A stretch of 32,000 bases of DNA, taken from Promethearchaeota archaeon (GTDB taxonomy: Archaea > Asgardarchaeota > Odinarchaeia > Odinarchaeales > JBHLKK01). Positions 25,102-32,000 of this stretch are shown here, piece by piece. How positions within the stretch are numbered: position 1 is the stretch's first letter; the number at the start of each line of letters is the position of its first letter. The stretch spans positions 1 through 32,000 of the forward strand of contig JBHLPL010000003.1 of assembly GCA_048939465.1 (NCBI GenBank), in the 5' to 3' direction. The notes under the pieces are model-generated. The model was given only the letters and a program-made list of their open reading frames with translations. It did not search any database and was not told the origin of the DNA. Position numbers and translations under genes: made by a program.

Positions 25102-26034
25102 TTGAATGATGAAGCTGTCAACAAGTTTGAACAGGAAGTCAACATGCGTGTTGATGAGGTTGCGCGTGCCAAAACGATATCTGAGGCAGAAAGCAGTATT
25201 GAGAGAGTTCAGAATACGCTAGGACAACTACTGGAGGTATACAATGAGAGGAATGACCGAGTAAAGTCAAAACTGGCCCAGGCAAGAATAAAATCATGGG
25301 ATAGCTATCTCCAATACATCAAAGGAAAGAGAGATTTGATCAAAATAGGGGTTGCGAATGAAAGAGGACAGTTCTCAGTAGGCTTTCAAAGGAAGAAGCT
25401 TGTTATTGGAGGCGCTAAGAAATATAAGATTCAACCAGAAGATATGATTTCAAGGATCAAGCTAAGTGGAGTATTTCTTGATATGCTGAGAAATACAAAA
25501 CTGAGCCAAGAGAAAATGACAGAGGCCATAAAAGCAGCCTATAAACTTTGTGTGCAAACCCAAGACCAGGATCTCTCCAAATTCTGCGAACGGCTAATTC
25601 AGAACTGGGCAAGGATTTCCATCGAATGGAAGATAGAGCTGCTTTCAATAGCCACAATAACTGCAATACTCAAAGGAGAAAAGGACGAAGTAAATGCATT
25701 AGTAGACAAACATTTGGATCTTGCATCTCAACTAAAGGCTCTTAACACGGGACAAAAAGAACAACCAATAAGTCTACTCGACGAGAGAGTTTTTAGGGAG
25801 ATTTTCGGTTTCTTAAATGCGAAATATTTTGGTTTAACAGACCAGCGCGGGGGGATTATTAGAAAAGGATGGGGCAGGGAAATGAAGGGGTTCCTGGAGC
25901 TAGCCGAGCCTATAAAAGATATTTCGATACCAGAGTTCGTGCTTAATTTACAATTAAAGGAGTTTTTCCCGAAAGTACTCTTACAGAATAAAAAAAAAGC
26001 GGAATACTCCATAAAGATTGAAGGAGAAGACTAA
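25102..26034 (+). CDS. Hypothetical, largely helical protein (310 aa)
   Basis: Long ORF sitting tightly between aRF1 and aEF1-beta; no family recognised. Confidence 0.75.
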   Translation: MNDEAVNKFEQEVNMRVDEVARAKTISEAESSIERVQNTLGQLLEVYNERNDRVKSKLAQARIKSWDSYLQYIKGKRDLIKIGVANERGQFSVGFQRKKLVIGGAKKYKIQPEDMISRIKLSGVFLDMLRNTKLSQEKMTEAIKAAYKLCVQTQDQDLSKFCERLIQNWARISIEWKIELLSIATITAILKGEKDEVNALVDKHLDLASQLKALNTGQKEQPISLLDERVFREIFGFLNAKYFGLTDQRGGIIRKGWGREMKGFLELAEPIKDISIPEFVLNLQLKEFFPKVLLQNKKKAEYSIKIEGED

Positions 26035-26117
26035 TCCTTAACAAGGAGTAGATGATACGAATCTCAGGAAGGTTTTTAAGAAAGAACCCAGACTGGGGGC
26101 TGAAAGGAGGTATGTCC

Positions 26118-26384
26118 ATGGGTAAAGTACTTGCTGTAATCTCCGTATTACCGAGTGGCACAGATGTGAACCTTGAGCAGCTTGAGAAAAACATAAGAGA
26201 TAACACCCCAGAGGGTGTCATGCTCAAGGAATCAAGAAAGGAACCTTTTGCCTTCGGAATAAGTGCATTAAAACTGAGTTTCCTCCTTAGCGACACAGCT
26301 GGGGGAACTGACAATGTAGAAAAGGCCATAAAGAGTCTCGACGGTGTTGGGGAAGTCAAAGTAGAATACATATCACTGGTCTAA
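26118..26384 (+). CDS. ef1b: Elongation factor 1-beta (aEF1B)
   Basis: MGKVL..I.VLP...VNLE.L...EPFAFGI.AL...GGTD.VE..IK..DGV..V. GGAGG lies 7 nt before ATG 26118. Confidence 0.93.
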   Translation: MGKVLAVISVLPSGTDVNLEQLEKNIRDNTPEGVMLKESRKEPFAFGISALKLSFLLSDTAGGTDNVEKAIKSLDGVGEVKVEYISLV

Positions 26385-26430
26385 TCCAGTTCCGATTTTC
26401 CCAAACAGGATTCTTGGTAAGACAACCGCA

Positions 26431-26598
26431 TCATCCGCGACTCTTCGATTGTTTTTCTTTTACGTGTAGTTTACATATCCCTAGTAATGGGTGAAAACAA
26501 GAGGGGCAAACCTTTTTTCCGCAGATTATGCAGATCTGAAGATTGCCCGTTTCACGCCTACAGATTTCACAAGTTTTTTTTGTCAAACCAATACACAT
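26431..26598 (-). CDS. Small Cys-rich Zn-finger protein (~55 aa)
   Basis: CEIC...CIICGKKVCPSC...C..H pattern; start inferred. Confidence 0.7.
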   Translation of the reverse strand: MCIGLTKKTCEICRRETGNLQICIICGKKVCPSCFHPLLGICKLHVKEKQSKSRG

Positions 26599-26716
26599 CC
26601 TGCTCTTAAATACATGCAAGAAGATATACAAAAACGCAATTACATGGTGCAACAAGGTTTTTATGAAATACTAAAGACTGTGTTTAGTGCTATAAATATT
26701 CAATTTTTGATTCTTT

Positions 26717-28897
26717 ATGGTGAGAGATTTGGAAATACGATTGCTTGTGACGGAAGCCAAGCAACGGGATGTGGGAAGATTTATTGCAAGACTCGATAAT
26801 GAGTCAATGGAATTATTAGAATTACAGCCTGGAGACATAGTCGGCATAAAAAGCCGTAAGAAAACCGCAGCCATAGCTTGGCCTGCATATGACGAGGATA
26901 AGGGTAAAAACATCATCAGAATTGACGGACGCATTAGAAAGAATATTGGTGCAAGCATAGGAGAAAAAGTCAGTGTTAGAAAAGGTGAAGATAAATCTGC
27001 AGCTTCAGTTGTTTTAGCACCAACATCGATTAGCATTAATGTTCCCAACTTCGAACGAATCATCAAAAGAAGGCTCCTAAACTATCCGTTGACCGTTGGA
27101 GACACAATTTTCATCCCAATCGGAATAACCAGAGAAATACCCTTCATAGTCGTATCGACTGAGCCAAAAGACATCGTTGTTGTAAGATCTCGTACAGCTA
27201 TCCAGATCAGCAAAAAACCGATGGCAGAAATTGCACGAATGCCGTATATAACGTACGAAGATATCGGGGGTCTAAGGGAGGCTATAAGACGCATACGTGA
27301 AATGATTGAGTTGCCACTCAAGCACCCGGAACTATTTAGTAGACTGGGTATTGAGCCGCCCCGAGGAGTTCTCTTTCATGGACCACCAGGATGTGGAAAG
27401 ACGCTCCTTGCACGCACAGTAGCCAATGAATCAGATGCATATTTCATATCCATTAATGGTCCGGAAGTTATGAGCAAGTTCTATGGCGAATCAGAACAAC
27501 GCATAAGAGAGATTTTTGAGAAAGCCGAGAAGAATACGCCAAGCATCGTGTTCATTGACGAGATAGATGCAATCGCGCCTAAGAGGGGAGAAGTCACAGG
27601 AGAGGTTGAAAGAAGAGTTGTTGCACAACTACTTGCACTGATGGACGGATTGCACGATCGTGGAAAGATCATAGTTATAGGCGCCACAAATAGACCTGAG
27701 GCGTTGGATTTGGCCTTGCGGCGTCCTGGAAGATTTGATCGAGAGATTGAGCTGGGTGTGCCAGGTATGGAAGAACGATTAGAGATTCTGCAAATCCATA
27801 CTCGGAGCATGCCTTTGTCGAAAAGTGTAGATCTAAAAGAGCTTGCGGAAATCACGCATGGATTTGTTGGTGCAGACTTGGCAGCCCTATGTAGAGAAGC
27901 TGCAATGAAAGTACTGCGCAGGTACATGCCTGAAATCAATCTTGCAGATGAAAGCATACCTTCAGAACTCTTAGACAAACTCGAAGTTCGAACAAGGGAT
28001 TTCATGAACGCACTAAAGGAGGTTCAGCCTTCCGCAATAAGGGAAGTGTCCATAGAAACACCAAGTGTCCACTGGGGAGATATCGGAAATCTGCAAGAAG
28101 TTAAGCAGAAGCTCATAGAGACGGTTGAGTGGCCCTTGAAGCAGGCAAAATCACTAAAGCGGATGGGAATAACAGCCCCCAAGGGAGTCTTAATGTATGG
28201 ACCCCCTGGATGTGGTAAAACTCTCTTGGCGCGTGCAGTGGCAACAGAAAGCAAAGCAAATTTCATTAGTATCAAAGGGCCCGAAATACTAAGTAAATGG
28301 GTTGGTGAATCTGAGAAGGCCGTCCGAGAGATTTTTAGGAAAGCAAGGATGGTGGCTCCGGCTATCATTTTCTTTGATGAAATTGATGCCTTAGCTCCCA
28401 AACGAGGGAGAGATTATGGTGGTTCTTTGGTTACTGAACGAATCATAAGCCAACTCCTAACTGAACTGGACGGATTAGCGGACTCAAGGGATGTAATTGT
28501 ATTGGCCGCGACTAACAGACCCGATATGCTCGACCCTGCACTGGTTAGGCCTGGACGGTTCGATAGATCAATCTATATACCGTCACCTGAAGAAGAAGCA
28601 CGATCGGAGATACTAAAAATATATACACAAAAAATGCCTCTAGCAGATGATGTCAAAATAGAGCAAATAGCTGGAATGACTGAGAACTACGTTGGCGCGG
28701 ATATAGAAGCTTTGTGTAGAGAAGCAGCCATGTTAGCTCTGAGAGAAGATTTAGATGCTAAGAGAGTTCATCGAAAACACTTTGAGATAGCTTTAAAGGA
28801 GATTCACCCTACTGTAAATCAGGAAATAATACGATGGTATGAGCGTCTGAAGGAGAGGTTCAAACAAACTCAGATTGGTCCATCACACGTAACATAG
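26717..28897 (+). CDS. cdc48: Cdc48/VCP (VAT) double-AAA ATPase
   Basis: N-domain ([13 protein letters not shown]) plus two AAA modules (GPPGCGKT twice, FIDEID and FFDEID, RPGRFDR twice). Confidence 0.97.
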   Translation: MVRDLEIRLLVTEAKQRDVGRFIARLDNESMELLELQPGDIVGIKSRKKTAAIAWPAYDEDKGKNIIRIDGRIRKNIGASIGEKVSVRKGEDKSAASVVLAPTSISINVPNFERIIKRRLLNYPLTVGDTIFIPIGITREIPFIVVSTEPKDIVVVRSRTAIQISKKPMAEIARMPYITYEDIGGLREAIRRIREMIELPLKHPELFSRLGIEPPRGVLFHGPPGCGKTLLARTVANESDAYFISINGPEVMSKFYGESEQRIREIFEKAEKNTPSIVFIDEIDAIAPKRGEVTGEVERRVVAQLLALMDGLHDRGKIIVIGATNRPEALDLALRRPGRFDREIELGVPGMEERLEILQIHTRSMPLSKSVDLKELAEITHGFVGADLAALCREAAMKVLRRYMPEINLADESIPSELLDKLEVRTRDFMNALKEVQPSAIREVSIETPSVHWGDIGNLQEVKQKLIETVEWPLKQAKSLKRMGITAPKGVLMYGPPGCGKTLLARAVATESKANFISIKGPEILSKWVGESEKAVREIFRKARMVAPAIIFFDEIDALAPKRGRDYGGSLVTERIISQLLTELDGLADSRDVIVLAATNRPDMLDPALVRPGRFDRSIYIPSPEEEARSEILKIYTQKMPLADDVKIEQIAGMTENYVGADIEALCREAAMLALREDLDAKRVHRKHFEIALKEIHPTVNQEIIRWYERLKERFKQTQIGPSHVT

Positions 28898-28919
28898 CCT
28901 GAGTATGGGAGGAAAGGTT

Positions 28920-29183
28920 ATGAAACGACGGTATTGGGATCTTGTACCCCTGAGGAATGCCATATTAAACGCCATTGCCAAAAGACAAGGCATATTACTT
29001 GATAACGAACTCTTTACAATGCTTCAAAAGGATTTCAAGGATCTATCCTACACCAAACTGAATAAGGCTCTTATGGCGCTTGAGATAGAGGGGGTAGTTC
29101 ACGTTTCACAAATCACAAAAACCAAGAGAAGAATTGAAGTCATGAAAGAAGGAGAAGGATTTCTGCTGGTCGGCGAAGATTAA
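28920..29183 (+). CDS. Winged-helix protein encoded directly downstream of cdc48
   Basis: LSYTKLNKALMALEIEGVVHV is helix-wing-like. The start may be ATG 28905 or 28920. Confidence 0.7.
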   Translation: MKRRYWDLVPLRNAILNAIAKRQGILLDNELFTMLQKDFKDLSYTKLNKALMALEIEGVVHVSQITKTKRRIEVMKEGEGFLLVGED

Positions 29184-29220
29184 GAAGAGCTCTAGACAGA
29201 ATGAGGAACATCGAATTTTG

Positions 29221-29625
29221 CTATGCACCTTTTGCCCGAGTTATTTTTCTCTGTCCAAGTATGTTCCAGTACTCAACCTGCCCTCCAACTTCAAGTCTTG
29301 AGGAGACATCTTCTTCAACATTAGATAGCGGTATTTCCATCGTTTGATAATTCTCCATGTCCATTATCATGACGCTTTTGTCCGTTTTAGAAATTACCTG
29401 CCCAGTTCTTTTGTCAATCATTGGGGTTTCTACTGATGCGTCAGTTGGATAGACAACGCTCCGTTTGTTGTTATCAAAAAACCCTATAGCAACTATCCTG
29501 ACTTTTGCGTGACCATGCTTTCCTGCCTTGGATTTTTCAAAACTAACTATTTTGCAGGGTTCATCACCGATGATTATGAATCTCCCAACCTTCAAACTGC
29601 CGGCTTCTGCCATACGTTTCTCCAT
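29221..29625 (-). CDS. eif5a: Translation factor aIF5A
   Basis: Hypusine loop SKAGKHGHAK, P.IDKRTGQV, MD.E.YQT.E. Confidence 0.96.
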   Translation of the reverse strand: MEKRMAEAGSLKVGRFIIIGDEPCKIVSFEKSKAGKHGHAKVRIVAIGFFDNNKRSVVYPTDASVETPMIDKRTGQVISKTDKSVMIMDMENYQTMEIPLSNVEEDVSSRLEVGGQVEYWNILGQRKITRAKGA

Positions 29626-29765
29626 TATGATGTCTCCTGTATCGGTGAGTATGCTTAAGATTGCTCAAGGTTTTTAATCTTTTCTTTCAATTAGACGAAA
29701 GATTCTTTTAGTGATATTCATCTTAACATTCCCAGACACCTGATTCCAGTTTCCGGCAGGGTTGA

Positions 29766-30602
29766 TTGAGAATGTTCAAAACAGTTGGAGTAAAAGCTAA
29801 ACCAGATGAGAAAGCCGTTGAAGTTACAGAAGAGGTTGTTAGATATTTAGGGAAGCAGGGATTGGAGGTCAGAGTAAGCGAAGAAACCGCTAGGAGAATG
29901 ACCATCGAAGTTGATGCTGTGAATCTTTCAGAGATGGATGTAGACTTTCTTATAACTGTCGGCGGGGATGGAACGATCCTGCGTATACTACGAATTTTGC
30001 CTCCAGCTTACCCCCCAATTCTTGGAATCAACGTGGGCTCTATTGGCTTCTTAGCCGAGATTTTCCCGGAAGATATGTTCGATGCATTAGATAAGGTCCT
30101 GAAAGGAGAATTCGTGTTAGAAGAAGCATTTCAATTAGAAGCAGTTCTAGACGGCCAAAAGCTTCCCAAAGCATTGAACGAGGTCGCAGTTATGGGCAAG
30201 CAATTAGGCAAGATTCAGCGATTAGAGGTTTATGTAAACGGCAATTTCATCAATACAACTTTAGGCGATGGTGTTATCGTAGCCACTCCGACTGGCTCGA
30301 CGGCCTACTGCCTGTCCTCAGGCGGGCCCATTATTGAGCCCAGTTTAGAAGGATTTGCGATAGTTCCAATTTCTGCGTTTAGAACAAGTATGATTCCTTT
30401 GGTTGTACCATCGTCCAGCGAAGTGAGAATCCAAGTGACCAAATCAAACAAAGATGCAGTTGCGATTGTGGATGGGCAGCATCAAACCATACTCAAGCCA
30501 GGAGACGACATTATTGTTCAGAAGGCAGAGACTTTTGTCCCATTTATCCGTTTTGAAGGATCATTCTACAGACGCTTGAGAGAAAAATTCCTTATCAGGT
30601 GA
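29766..30602 (+). CDS. nadK: NAD(+) kinase
   Basis: GGDGTIL, GIN.GSIGFL, ALNE, GDGVIVATPTGSTAY.LSSGGP. Confidence 0.95.
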   Translation: MRMFKTVGVKAKPDEKAVEVTEEVVRYLGKQGLEVRVSEETARRMTIEVDAVNLSEMDVDFLITVGGDGTILRILRILPPAYPPILGINVGSIGFLAEIFPEDMFDALDKVLKGEFVLEEAFQLEAVLDGQKLPKALNEVAVMGKQLGKIQRLEVYVNGNFINTTLGDGVIVATPTGSTAYCLSSGGPIIEPSLEGFAIVPISAFRTSMIPLVVPSSSEVRIQVTKSNKDAVAIVDGQHQTILKPGDDIIVQKAETFVPFIRFEGSFYRRLREKFLIR

Positions 30603-30608
30603 CTGATT

Positions 30609-31127
30609 CTGACGGAGAGTAAACCAGTAATATTAGTTCTAGATACAACTGCATTTGTAAGCGGCTTTAATCCGCAGATGAGTGAGTTAGATCAGATGAC
30701 AACATCTACGGTTATAGATGAACTGGGCGGCTCCAAAGCTAAGTTGGCAGTACAAGTGTCAATATCTTCAGGTAAGATCAGGATTGAAGATCCCGACCAT
30801 GTCTCAATAGATGTGGTCAGAAAAGCTGCACGTGAAACAGGAGACATATCCTCCCTTTCTGAAACCGACATTCATGTCCTGGCACTGGCCCACAATCTTA
30901 AATCAAGGGGGACACCAATAATCGTTACAGACGATTATTCCATGCAGAATGTAGCGAGAGAACTTGGAATAAGATATCAAAAGGCAATCCAATGGGGGAT
31001 AAGGAGGAAGCTGAAATGGCAACTCTACTGTCCCTCATGCTATGCGAGATATGATCCAGATTACCGCTCTAGAGTGTGCGAAGTATGTGGTGCGCTCCTA
31101 AAAAGAAAGCCTGTCGGCAAACAATAA
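30609..31127 (+). CDS. nob1: Nob1 PIN-domain endonuclease, probable CTG start
   Basis: VLDTTAF (upstream of the ORF-track ATG at 30678), LSETDIHVLALA, TDDYSMQNVA, and a C-terminal CPSC...CEVCG ribbon. Confidence 0.9.
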   Translation: MTESKPVILVLDTTAFVSGFNPQMSELDQMTTSTVIDELGGSKAKLAVQVSISSGKIRIEDPDHVSIDVVRKAARETGDISSLSETDIHVLALAHNLKSRGTPIIVTDDYSMQNVARELGIRYQKAIQWGIRRKLKWQLYCPSCYARYDPDYRSRVCEVCGALLKRKPVGKQ

Positions 31128-31184
31128 AACGTAATAGGGTGTTTATCCTTTCTAATGAAGGAGGACGTTTGGGAGGATTCGAAT

Positions 31185-32000
31185 TTGGGTGTTGACCTCA
31201 AGGACTTGGTTTTACCCAAAACTACCAATCTTGAGCAGTTGGCTGGAAAATCCATTGCAATGGATGCTCACAATACACTATATCAATTTCTCGCAACTAT
31301 TCGACAGCCAGACGGAATGCCACTAATCGATAGCAAAAAGAGAGTCACATCGCATCTAAGCGGTTTGTTCTATAGAACAATCAACTTAATTGAAAAGGGA
31401 ATTAAACCAGTATACGTTTTCGACGGGGTTCCTCCCGAATTGAAGCTAAGAACGATTAGGGAACGAAGAAAAGTTCGTCAGAGGGCAGAGAAAAAGTGGA
31501 AAGAGGCTTTGGAACGTAGAGATTTGAAGACCGCAAGGAAATACGCTCAAGCAGCAATAAGATTGACAGAAGATATGGTTGATGAAAGCAAGAAACTTCT
31601 TGCAGCCTTGGGCATTCCTTATGTTCAAGCACCGTCTGAGGGTGAGGCTCAAGCGGCCTACATAACGGTAAGGGGTGATACCTGGGGAGCTGGAAGTCAA
31701 GATTGGGATGCCCTATTGTTTAATGCTCAAGTCTTGGTCCGCAATTTGACTATAACGGGTCGTAGAAAATTGCCTGGCAAAAATGTATACATAAAGGTCG
31801 ACCCTGAACTAATTGTTGGATTAGAAGTCCTGAATAAATTGGAGATAACCAGAAATCAACTTATCGACATAGGCATACTGATTGGAACGGATTATAATGA
31901 GGGCGTAAAGGGAGTCGGAGCTAAGACAGCGCTGAGTCTGATCAAGAAATATGGAAACTTGGAGAAGATAATTGATGTAAAGGCTTTCCAAATTGAGCCA
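31185..32000 (+). CDS. fen: Flap endonuclease 1, 3'-truncated by the window edge; not in the ORF track
   Basis: TTG start after GGAGG: MGVDLKDL...DAHNTLYQFL.TIRQPDG...SHLSGLFYRT...VFDG...QAPSEGEAQAAY...SQDWD...GTDYNEGVKGVG.KTAL. Confidence 0.96.
   Translation, partial: MGVDLKDLVLPKTTNLEQLAGKSIAMDAHNTLYQFLATIRQPDGMPLIDSKKRVTSHLSGLFYRTINLIEKGIKPVYVFDGVPPELKLRTIRERRKVRQRAEKKWKEALERRDLKTARKYAQAAIRLTEDMVDESKKLLAALGIPYVQAPSEGEAQAAYITVRGDTWGAGSQDWDALLFNAQVLVRNLTITGRRKLPGKNVYIKVDPELIVGLEVLNKLEITRNQLIDIGILIGTDYNEGVKGVGAKTALSLIKKYGNLEKIIDVKAFQIEP

Noticed and set aside
1-32000. CRISPR array, rRNA, integrase or transposase
   Set aside because: No regularly spaced direct repeats, rRNA signature motifs or recombinase/TnpB-like ORFs were seen.

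Overview
Archaeal housekeeping region, most likely TACK or Asgard. This lineage call is an inference from eL38, a presenilin-type protease, a Thaumarchaeota/Bathyarchaeia-type ValRS, a PRC-barrel protein, HEAT repeats and intron-rich tRNAs. It is dense in translation and RNA-processing genes: ValRS-like, AspRS, Pth2, TruD, NusA-like, eL40, eL38, aRF1, aEF1-beta, aIF5A, Nob1, a beta-CASP nuclease and a DUF1610 Zn-ribbon protein. It also has proteolysis genes (aminopeptidase, presenilin, archaemetzincin, PAC2, Cdc48) and metabolic genes (GGR, MTAP, IMPase, MoaE, PyrH, NAD kinase). FEN1 runs off the right edge. Four tRNA genes (Ile-GAT, Ala-CGC, Val-CAC, Leu-CAA) all carry introns at non-canonical positions, and in tRNA-Val one intron splits the anticodon. 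The most striking observation is a pair of homologous, highly structured 210-260 nt non-coding elements on the minus strand (9048-9309 and 14661-14873). They have matching promoters, structure-preserving substitutions and a 3' end resembling IS200/IS605 right-end (TnpB omega) RNAs, yet no transposase or TnpB gene lies in the window. A second highlight is a full-length ValRS homolog that has lost both the HIGH and KMSKS catalytic signatures. No CRISPR array or rRNA was found. All calls come from manual reading; no database search was run.
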